Of a DNA stretch of 64,000 bases, positions 56,737-64,000 are shown in pieces. The notes beneath the pieces were generated by a model. That model saw only the letters and a program-made list of their open reading frames with translations. It was not told where the DNA came from and searched no databases. Every line of letters starts with the position of its first letter. Position 1 is the stretch's first letter. This DNA comes from Ruminococcus sp. GTDB lineage: Bacteria; Bacillota; Clostridia; Oscillospirales; Ruminococcaceae. The position numbers were made by a program, and so were the translations under genes. The stretch spans positions 1 to 64,000 of the forward strand of contig JAFXNC010000004.1 of the NCBI GenBank assembly GCA_017529875.1, written 5' to 3'.

Positions 56737-58362
56737 ATGAATAAGAATGAATTAACAGAATATGCCGATCTGCTTCTGCAAGCGGCTGTGCGAAAATGTG
56801 ATAACCTCGCTGATGCACAGGATCTGGTTCAGGAAACTCTGCTTATTGCATTGATAGCTATCGAGAACGGTAAGGAAATAGCCGAGCCTAAAAACTGGCT
56901 GATGACGGTTCTGAACCGCAAGTATTACGATATGCTGAGGGAGAAATACCGCAAGCCTACCGTCTGCATTGACGTTGTCGGGGAAATAGCCGATGAGAGC
57001 AGCATTGATGATAATTCGGACGATGCGGAAAATATCCGCCGCTGCCTTGCAAATCTTACCAAAATTTACCGTGAGGTAATGGTGCAGCACTATATGAACG
57101 GCAGGAGCGTTGCCGAGATAGCGCAGAGCCTTGGTATACCCGAAAACACCGTCAAGAATCGTTTGTTTACAGGCAGAAAGCATATTCGGAAGGAGTTTGC
57201 TATGGAGAATTATACTAAGCAGAGCTATGAACCTGATGATCTTTGGATAGCCAGTACGGGTCAGACAGGTATTGATGATGAGCCGTGGAAGCTGGTCGGT
57301 CAAGATCGTATCGCTATGAATCTGCTGATACTCGCCTACGAGCAGCCCGTCACACTGACTGAGCTTTCAAAGGCGATAGGCATTTCGACTACATATATTG
57401 AGCCGATAGTAGAACGGCTTGTGGATGGTGAACTGATGAAAAAGGTATCAGATAAGGTTTATACTGATTTCATCATTCACACCGAGGATGAAAGACTTGC
57501 TTCGCTTGATCTGCAATTAAGTCTTGCAAAAGAGCTATGCTCCGAGATATGGGAGATTGTTGACGAAGGGCTTGCCGAGCTGTTCCAGCGTGATTATTAC
57601 AAGTCTAAAACCAAAGAACAGGCTATCAAACTGGAGAGCTTTTTAGTGTTCAGGACACTTCTTCACGCTGTCAATGGAGTGCGTGATGAAGTCAGCGGCG
57701 GAAGAGAACCCTTTGAGAGCTATCCCGACAGACCAAACGGCGGCAAGTGGTATGCTATGGGTTCACTGTATCCTCACGGATATGATTACGATCATTGCCC
57801 CTACAGCCGCTATCAGTTTAGCGGTGAAAGTGTCAACAATATGAAAAATGTGATCGGAGCAAAAGCTCTGTCCCTGTGTCTGTATGACACAGATGCTTCT
57901 GTTCTCGGCACTACCTATAAAGAATATTTTTATATTGACTCGTTCTCGAAGCTGATATATTCAATATATCTCGGTCAGACCGATATGCTTGAAATGCTTG
58001 ACAAAAAGCTGCTTGAAAATATAGGCACGATGATAGAACAGAATACTCTGCTCCGTGATGATGAGGGTAAATTGCAGGTCAATATCCCAGTTATCTCCAT
58101 GCAGGACAGATGGGATATTTACGAGCTGAGCGAGAAGTACGACAATATAATTTCCGAGAGGTTTCATGACAGATTTATGGAACTTATGAAAAATCCCGTA
58201 AAGCTGCCGAAGCATTTGAAATCCGTTCCTGATTGGCTGCGTTATATGGACTGCTGCAGCTATTTCCCCTCGGCTGTTATACTTGAAGCAAGGGAGAAAG
58301 GGCTGTTTTTGAAAGGCTATGACAGACCTGCGCCTGCTGTTATGCTTTGTGTGGAAAAGTGA
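56737..58362 (+). CDS. ECF-type sigma-70 family factor fused to an approximately 370-aa C-terminal extension containing a second HTH-like segment
   Basis: Sigma r2/r4 (RSVAEIAQSLGIPENTVKNRL) followed by a winged-helix-like VTLTELSKAIGISTTYIEPIVERL and a large alpha/beta region. Confidence 0.7.
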   Translation: MNKNELTEYADLLLQAAVRKCDNLADAQDLVQETLLIALIAIENGKEIAEPKNWLMTVLNRKYYDMLREKYRKPTVCIDVVGEIADESSIDDNSDDAENIRRCLANLTKIYREVMVQHYMNGRSVAEIAQSLGIPENTVKNRLFTGRKHIRKEFAMENYTKQSYEPDDLWIASTGQTGIDDEPWKLVGQDRIAMNLLILAYEQPVTLTELSKAIGISTTYIEPIVERLVDGELMKKVSDKVYTDFIIHTEDERLASLDLQLSLAKELCSEIWEIVDEGLAELFQRDYYKSKTKEQAIKLESFLVFRTLLHAVNGVRDEVSGGREPFESYPDRPNGGKWYAMGSLYPHGYDYDHCPYSRYQFSGESVNNMKNVIGAKALSLCLYDTDASVLGTTYKEYFYIDSFSKLIYSIYLGQTDMLEMLDKKLLENIGTMIEQNTLLRDDEGKLQVNIPVISMQDRWDIYELSEKYDNIISERFHDRFMELMKNPVKLPKHLKSVPDWLRYMDCCSYFPSAVILEAREKGLFLKGYDRPAPAVMLCVEK

Positions 58363-58370
58363 ATACTGAT

Positions 58371-58405
58371 TTGCGGCATACCTGCATTGGTGGGTATGCC
58401 GCATT
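58371..58405 (+). terminator. rho-independent terminator after sigma-fusion 2
   Basis: GCGGCATACCtgcattggtgGGTATGCCGC. Confidence 0.6.
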
Positions 58406-58561
58406 ACTATCATCAAGTCCTTGGAGCGAGTCTGAGGGCTTTTTCTTATCAGCGGATAGATTCCCCCATAATCTTCATGAACGGCTCTGAGGGGCTTTCC
58501 CGTTCGCCGCAAGGCATAGCAAAAGCGAGCTACCATTTTCGATAACTCTCTCCGCTGATAA

Positions 58562-58768
58562 TTATTCGTCTGAACACTCGTCAAGCCCGTGTATGAGCTG
58601 AATATAAATGCACTCTGCTCGTTCACGTTCCTCGTCCTCGGCGGTCATCATCATTTCAAGGAAATATGCCTTTGCCTGTTCGTAGTCAGTCCAGACCTCA
58701 TGCCTGCCGTTGCAGACGGTAGTGACCTTGCGTGTTCTCGGCATTGCCAATTCAGGTGTTTTCAACAT
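58562..58768 (-). CDS. small hypothetical protein (about 68 aa) of the island
   Basis: Start at internal ATG MLKTPELAM...; acidic C-terminus; no recognisable family. Confidence 0.35.
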   Translation of the reverse strand: MLKTPELAMPRTRKVTTVCNGRHEVWTDYEQAKAYFLEMMMTAEDEERERAECIYIQLIHGLDECSDE

Positions 58769-58903
58769 AGCTGTGTACCTCCAAATCATTATTATAGATA
58801 CATTATATACTGCAATCACGCAGGAGTCCAGCGTTGGTGAGAAACTGTAATAATCTTTGTGCAGGGCGCAGCAATAAAAGCATTTCCTCGGTGCATTTTT
58901 CTC

Positions 58904-59311
58904 CTATTTCTTTACGTCCTCGTGAGCCTTATCAACTATCGCTCTGAACGTCTGCGGTGTCACGGCAAAGCGTCCCAACTTTGCCTGATACTCTGCAAGT
59001 CTTGCGGATATTTCCTCAACTCCCTGACGTATTTCCTGCAAATCTTCGGGATAAATATTTCCTGTCTGATTGACCTGAATTGCTATGGAATTTATGCGGT
59101 CAGCAATCTCTTTGAATCTTGCCTTTTCGGGTGCAAGCTCCTCGTCCGTCAACTCAATTATGGGAGTGGCGATAATAGAGTTAAAAATATATTCCGACAT
59201 CGAGCGCAGACCGCTTTCCTCCGTGTACTGTTTCAGCTTGGCAAACTCCTTGTCATTCAAGCGGACTTTCAGCACCTTTGACTTCCGTTCCTCGTCCGAT
59301 TTTACATTCAT
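58904..59311 (-). CDS. MobC-like plasmid mobilisation relaxosome accessory protein
   Basis: KVLKVRLNDKEFAKLKQYTEESGLRSMSEYIFNSII matches the MobC ribbon-helix-helix-like N-terminal signature. Confidence 0.5.
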   Translation of the reverse strand: MNVKSDEERKSKVLKVRLNDKEFAKLKQYTEESGLRSMSEYIFNSIIATPIIELTDEELAPEKARFKEIADRINSIAIQVNQTGNIYPEDLQEIRQGVEEISARLAEYQAKLGRFAVTPQTFRAIVDKAHEDVKK

Positions 59312-59469
59312 AAACAAACCTCCAAAATCTTAGTATTCGCCCATTTTTATTATCTATTATATCACTTTTTCTTTCATAAATCAAGCGGGGTCTTAGGGGT
59401 GCAAAACCCTCTAACAAGCTCCTGTATTCAGGGTGGTCATTTTTCAAAATGTACCCCATGAATACCGTG

Positions 59470-59540
59470 CTTGCTGGGTTTGAAAGCCAGCGCATATTGT
59501 GAACTTGTGTACACAATATGCAGAGCTTGCTGGGTTTGAT
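59470..59540. repeat. oriT/att-like element: direct repeats GCTTGCTGGGTTTGA flank a 10-bp perfect inverted repeat GCATATTGTG-N11-CACAATATGC that contains the palindrome TGTGTACACA
   Basis: Read directly from the sequence upstream of the MobC-like gene. Confidence 0.6.
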
Positions 59541-59819
59541 TTTGATATTCTTCCGACCGTTCAGGTCGGATTGGTTTATTTTCCTCGTTTGCGTGAAAAT
59601 ATTTCTGAGCGAACTTTAATAGTCGCTCAGGCGCTCCTCAGAGCGTTTAGAGTTATGCAACTTCGTGATAGAATCAAATTCCCCATAACAATTTGTCGAA
59701 CGCAAAACTCATCTGACACACCAAAGTTCATGCGCACTGCCAATAGACAAAGTGAAGCGTTGCGCGCTATAATATTATCATCGGGTATGATTCCGAAATC
59801 TGAAACGAACGGTGGTGAT

Positions 59820-60140
59820 GATATGGCTGACATCGCAAAGAAGATCTCTAAGCTCGATGAGAAGATCGTCAAGCTGAAAGAGCGTATCAAGACCGACACG
59901 GCTGAATGTGAAAAGCTAAGTGAGCAGAAAGCTCTGCTGATCTATCAATCGCTGTGCAAGCAGTATAGCTGTGAGGGGCAGGCTCTTGCCGATATGATCG
60001 CAAGAGAACACGAGCAGGCAGCTACGTCCGATGCTGATGATAAATCTGTGTCGGATAACAGCTCTGCCGATGATGCTGACGAGGAAGAAATGCTCGGTCA
60101 GACTTCTTTCTTTGAGAAGAAAAATCCTTACTCGGATTAA
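59820..60140 (+). CDS. small coiled-coil protein (DUF4315-like) common on clostridial conjugative/mobilisable elements
   Basis: Start at internal ATG MADIAKKISKLDEKIVKLKERIK...; acidic tail. Confidence 0.4.
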   Translation, partial: DMADIAKKISKLDEKIVKLKERIKTDTAECEKLSEQKALLIYQSLCKQYSCEGQALADMIAREHEQAATSDADDKSVSDNSSADDADEEEMLGQTSFFEKKNPYSD

Positions 60141-60240
60141 CATATATCCGACAGCAAAACGTTCTGTGCAGGAGTAACGACCCTGCAACAAAAAGCCATT
60201 GCGTGTAGAGAAAAAGATATCGCAGGCGGAAAGGAGCAAT

Positions 60241-60462
60241 TTGAAAGAGACAACAACTGCCGTAGATAGAGAGAAGGCAGTATTCAAAACTGTGCAGACA
60301 CTTGAGGAGCAGTTTAAGGGCTGCCCCGAACGTGTCAGCGTCTATGAGATAGGCGGCTGCAAGTATACCGTCCATAGTCATTTTGTCGGTGACAAAGACC
60401 TTGATGAAGTTATGGAACAGCTTGCGTATGATGCCGCTATGAAAGAAACTGTTACGGCGTAA
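60241..60462 (+). CDS. TnpW-like small transposon protein (YxVxSxF motif)
   Basis: ...GGCKYTVHSHFVGDKDLDEVMEQLAYDAA; TTG start after AAAGGAG; sits immediately upstream of the serine recombinase as in Tn4451-family elements. Confidence 0.45.
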   Translation: MKETTTAVDREKAVFKTVQTLEEQFKGCPERVSVYEIGGCKYTVHSHFVGDKDLDEVMEQLAYDAAMKETVTA

Positions 60463-60555
60463 AAATATTGGAAAAAGCACTTGTCAAATCCGATATATTG
60501 CGCTATAATGGATATGTCGGATTTGGTACTGCTTTGATTTGAAAGGAGTTGCTAA

Positions 60556-62172
60556 ATGGCAAAGCAGACCGAATACAATGTGGGTATCTACCTCCGCCTT
60601 AGTCAAGAGGATTTGCGTGAGGGAGATTCCCTTTCAATAGAAAACCAAAAACTGATACTGACAAAATATGTCGAGGACAAGGGGTGGAAGCTCGTTTCGG
60701 AATATGTGGACGATGGTTACACAGGAACTGATTTTGAACGACCGGGGGTACAGAAACTCCTTGCCGATGCCCAGTCCGGAAAAATCAATATCATCGTAGT
60801 AAAAGACCTTTCTCGCTTTGGTCGAAATTATATTGAGGTAGGCCGCTACATTGACTATATTTTTCCGATGAACAACATTCGCTTTATTGCGATCAATGAC
60901 AATGTTGATACGGCAGAACGCAACAGTGCCGCACTTGAAATGATGCCTATTGTCAATCTCTTTAACGAGTGGCACAGCAGTTCCACGAGCAAAAAAATCA
61001 GAGCTGTCTATGAAGCAAATGCAAAGGCAGGCAACTATATGGGCGCACTCGCTCCCTTCGGTTATGTCAGGAGCGACACACCGAATCATACGCTTGTTAT
61101 CGATCCCGAAGCCGCTCCGTATGTTAGAAAGGTCTTTGAATTACGGGCATCAGGGCTGTCATATCGCAAGGTTGCAAGAGAAATGAATCTTGCCAAAATA
61201 CCTACTCCGTCACAGTATCGTTATGATAAACTCGGCAGACCCAATCCGAGAACAACAAGCGGAGTGTGGAGTGAAGAAGTGATCAAGTCTATTGTTCATA
61301 ATCAATCATATATCGGCATACTTGTACAGCTTCGCACCACTACTGTATCACACAAAAATCATAAGGTGATCGGCAGGGACGAGTCCGAATGGGCGGTAGT
61401 CGAAAACGCTCACGAACCTCTTATTTCACAGGAGCTTTGGGACAGATGTGTTGAGATCGACAATTCGTGCAGCAGAGGTAAATGCACAAAGGAAGGTGTC
61501 ACTCTCCCTCTTTCGGGATTCTGTTATTGTGCTGACTGCGGACACAAAATGCGTCAGAGCGGTGAGCCGTCAGCATATATCTGCGGAAGATACTCAAAGT
61601 CTGGCAGAACAGTTTGCAGTACGCATTATATCAGAGTGAATATGCTTGAACAGGTTATCCTTGCTGACATTCGCTCTATGCTGAAACTGACCGTTGATGA
61701 AGATAAGGCAAGAGCGTATTTTCTGAAACGCAAGTCGGGTACCAGAGCTATTCAGACCGCAGAGAACACCAAAAAGATAAAGCAGGCTGAAAAACGTCTT
61801 GCGGAGCTTGATAAACTGATCCGTTCTGTGTATGAGGACAAGGTTATGGGCAGAGTGGCAGAGGATATGGCTCTCTCGCTTCTTAATGACTATCAGCAGG
61901 AGAAAGAAAAGCTGTCCTTGGAACTTGACGAGCTGAAAAGCAGGCTCGAAGCGCAAAAGCAGGACAGCGATGACGTTGATGAATTTATCCGCCGTTTGAA
62001 GATGTTTGCAGGAGCAGAGGTCTTTACCCGTGAAATGGCTTTACAGCTTATCGAGTATGTGACAATTGACAAAAACCCCAGAAGCAGATCACGCATGAAC
62101 GAGCGTGAGATCCATATCTATTACAAGCTGATTGACAAGGGATTAAATGATCCGCTGAACGCCCTTGAATAA
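60556..62172 (+). CDS. large serine recombinase (resolvase catalytic domain + recombinase domain + zinc ribbon + coiled-coil)
   Basis: Catalytic Ser in VGIYLRLSQEDL; recombinase domain; Cys-rich CYCADCGHKM...CGRYSKSGRTVC zinc ribbon; C-terminal coiled coil. Confidence 0.9.
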   Translation: MAKQTEYNVGIYLRLSQEDLREGDSLSIENQKLILTKYVEDKGWKLVSEYVDDGYTGTDFERPGVQKLLADAQSGKINIIVVKDLSRFGRNYIEVGRYIDYIFPMNNIRFIAINDNVDTAERNSAALEMMPIVNLFNEWHSSSTSKKIRAVYEANAKAGNYMGALAPFGYVRSDTPNHTLVIDPEAAPYVRKVFELRASGLSYRKVAREMNLAKIPTPSQYRYDKLGRPNPRTTSGVWSEEVIKSIVHNQSYIGILVQLRTTTVSHKNHKVIGRDESEWAVVENAHEPLISQELWDRCVEIDNSCSRGKCTKEGVTLPLSGFCYCADCGHKMRQSGEPSAYICGRYSKSGRTVCSTHYIRVNMLEQVILADIRSMLKLTVDEDKARAYFLKRKSGTRAIQTAENTKKIKQAEKRLAELDKLIRSVYEDKVMGRVAEDMALSLLNDYQQEKEKLSLELDELKSRLEAQKQDSDDVDEFIRRLKMFAGAEVFTREMALQLIEYVTIDKNPRSRSRMNEREIHIYYKLIDKGLNDPLNALE

Positions 62173-62287
62173 TCGGTTAGTTAAATTTTAGGTTAATTTC
62201 CTTATGGGTAATGTACATTTGTAAAAAACTGTGCTATAATCAAACTGAGAAAATGTATTTTTTTGTACACTTCCGGAGGTGTGTGCT

Positions 62288-62944
62288 TTGAATAAAGACA
62301 AGCAAAGGCGCGGGGGACTGTTCTCCTCTCCAAATGCCGTGAATATCATCACTCTGCTGGCGGCTACGCTGGCAGTGGTGCTGCTGGTGCTGTTTTTAGC
62401 GAAAAAACTGGTTGCCAGCAACAACAGCGACGTTCCCGCAGGACTGAATACTGCCACTCTGGCTGTCTCCGGGCAGACCACTGTGACCACAGTCACCACT
62501 GCTGTCACCACGGCGCAGAGCAGCAGCGTTTCTCAGAGCGGCGCAGGGAGCGTTTCGGACACTTCCGCAGGCACCACCGCCACCCAGTACGAGCAGGCCG
62601 ACGATATCGCCTATGTGGTGACATATGTGCAGCTTAAAGCTCAGCCGGATCCGGATTCGGCGAACGTCATCTGTATGTCCCCCAACGTCAAGGTCAAGGT
62701 ACTGGAGCGCCGCACCGACGGCTATATACAGCTGACGTTCTTGAACGGCGACGGCACCAACATCACCGGCTACGTCAAGACAGAGTACCTGTCCCCGGCA
62801 CCGGTGGAGAGGACCACTGCCGCTCAGACCGAGGCTCCCGAGGAGACCCTGGCACAGGCTCCCGCTGACACAACAGCCGCCACCACCAAGGAGCAGCCTG
62901 CTCCGCTGATAGAGACCCAGGCCACCACAGCTGCGGGGGAATGA
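62288..62944 (+). CDS. membrane-anchored SH3-domain protein with Thr/Ala-rich low-complexity regions
   Basis: N-terminal TM; bacterial SH3_3 domain (YVQLKAQPDPDSANVICMSPNVKVKVLERRTDGYIQL); host-like GC. Confidence 0.6.
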   Translation: MNKDKQRRGGLFSSPNAVNIITLLAATLAVVLLVLFLAKKLVASNNSDVPAGLNTATLAVSGQTTVTTVTTAVTTAQSSSVSQSGAGSVSDTSAGTTATQYEQADDIAYVVTYVQLKAQPDPDSANVICMSPNVKVKVLERRTDGYIQLTFLNGDGTNITGYVKTEYLSPAPVERTTAAQTEAPEETLAQAPADTTAATTKEQPAPLIETQATTAAGE

Positions 62945-63654
62945 CCATGATCACTGAGAAAAGAGAGATCGTGTTCCCCGACGGCACGACGCTTGAGTAT
63001 ATTCTTGACAGGGGCGACCGCAAGAACGTCTATATCGTGGTGAAGAACGGCACCGTTATCCTGAAGCTGCCCTCCTATGCCGATATCCGCCACGGCGAGA
63101 GATGCCTGCGCAGAAAGCAGGCGTGGCTCCTGGAAAAGCTTACCGAGAGACCCCAGTGTTTTATACATCCGGAGCATTTCACCGACCAGACCCTGTTCAC
63201 CTTGGTGGGCAAGGAGTTCACGGTCAGATGCATCCGCAGCGACGAGTACGAAAAGCCCACCCTCATAAACGGCAGCCTGCTGATCTCAGCGCCCCTGAGG
63301 GACGGGCGCTCCGCGAAGGATCTCAGCGCCTACATCGACACCCAGGCACGCCGGGGGATAATCACCTTTGCCGTGCAGTACATCAAGCAGCGTGCCGAGG
63401 AGCTGACGGAGCTCACCGGCCTGCATCCCGCGAAGATCACGGTCAAGAAGCTCACCGCCTCCTGGGGACGGTGCAACTCTGCGGGGAATATCTCCCTGAA
63501 TGTTGACATGATCTACTACCCGCCGGAGTGTATCGACTATGTTATCATACATGAGCTGTGCCATTTGAGGTATATGGATCACAGCAGGGAATTCTGGGCT
63601 CTCGTGGCGCAGTACTGCCCCGACTGGAAGGAAATACGCGGGAAGATGAGGTAG
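62941..63654 (+). CDS. M48-family/YgjP-like (DUF45, SprT-like) metal-dependent hydrolase
   Basis: WGRCNSAGNISLN and HELCHLRYMDHS zinc motif. Confidence 0.85.
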   Translation: MTMITEKREIVFPDGTTLEYILDRGDRKNVYIVVKNGTVILKLPSYADIRHGERCLRRKQAWLLEKLTERPQCFIHPEHFTDQTLFTLVGKEFTVRCIRSDEYEKPTLINGSLLISAPLRDGRSAKDLSAYIDTQARRGIITFAVQYIKQRAEELTELTGLHPAKITVKKLTASWGRCNSAGNISLNVDMIYYPPECIDYVIIHELCHLRYMDHSREFWALVAQYCPDWKEIRGKMR

Positions 63655-63657
63655 ACC

Positions 63658-64000
63658 TATGGACAGACTTGTGATAAAAGTTAAGCTCCGGGGCTGCGTT
63701 GAGGTCAGAGCCGGAGAACGTGCCGTGAATACGGTGCTTTTTGAGGGGCACTGCGAGGGCGGGCTTTTTGAAGGGGAGATACTTCCCGCAGCCTGCGACG
63801 TGCAGAAGCTCAACGGTGCCGGGGGCACTCTCAGCGCCCGGTATATCCTGGAAGGCGTTGACTGCGCAGGGGAGTGCTGCCGGATATTCGTGGAGAACAA
63901 CGGCACTGTGGGGCAGGTGTTCACCGAGCCTGCGGTGCTGACAGATTCAAGGGCGCTGTCCTGGCTCAACACAGAGCGCCTTGCCGGCAGGCTCACCGAG
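63658..64000 (+). CDS. DUF3237 (UPF0311) family protein, partial (continues beyond window)
   Basis: FEGHCEGGLFEGEILPAACDVQ...LSARYILEGVDCAGE pattern matches the UPF0311 beta-barrel family. Confidence 0.45.

Larger units (their letters stand above)
54560..62250. mobile_element. putative integrated element or remnant (low-GC island) bounded on the right by a large serine recombinase
   Basis: Approximately 45-50% GC versus about 60% in flanking galT and SH3 genes; carries MobC-like, TnpW-like and serine-recombinase genes but no relaxase or coupling protein. Confidence 0.5.

Overview
This is a 64 kb chromosomal window from a high-GC (~58-60%) Firmicutes/Clostridia-type genome. Operons are compact, there are many 4-nt ATGA start/stop overlaps, and most terminators are bidirectional hairpins. 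I could identify no rRNA, tRNA or CRISPR array. The core content is housekeeping:
- ftsK 3' end, ygiQ radical SAM, a ComEC-MBL/DUF3006 pair, a MurR/RpiR regulator, rlmH and a WalJ-like MBL hydrolase, and ptsI.
- A flotillin/NfeD operon, a gpx-trxA-trxB redox operon, rsmE, nth, ispF, galE, ddl-murI, DUF1934-argS and galT.
- A long envelope operon (LiaI-like membrane proteins, pspA, a GT2 CsbB-like gene and yfhO) that sits divergent to a Bce-like two-component-system/ABC/FtsX module. A second yfhO is paired with a PIG-L deacetylase.

The following stand out:
1. Two related intergenic loci (33.85-34.40 kb and 54.69-54.91 kb) carry conserved leader-like blocks followed by spacer-less arrays of roughly 21-23 bp direct repeats, and the repeat unit differs in every array.
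2. An approximately 7.7 kb low-GC island (54.56-62.25 kb) ends in a large serine recombinase. It also carries a MobC-like gene, a TnpW-like gene, an oriT-like inverted repeat, and two tandemly duplicated ECF sigma factors with long C-terminal extensions.
3. A 1212-aa sensor combines an ECF-S-like membrane domain, a beta-propeller, a Y_Y_Y domain and an HD-GYP domain. It is translationally coupled to a membrane-anchored BMP/PnrA-like binding protein.
4. An XRE regulator is paired with twin perfect-consensus divergent promoters, each followed by a TGTAAAT-N3-ATTTACA operator, and these gate the flotillin operon.
5. A eukaryotic-type HisA paralog lies in a lipoprotein and cell-wall gene cluster.
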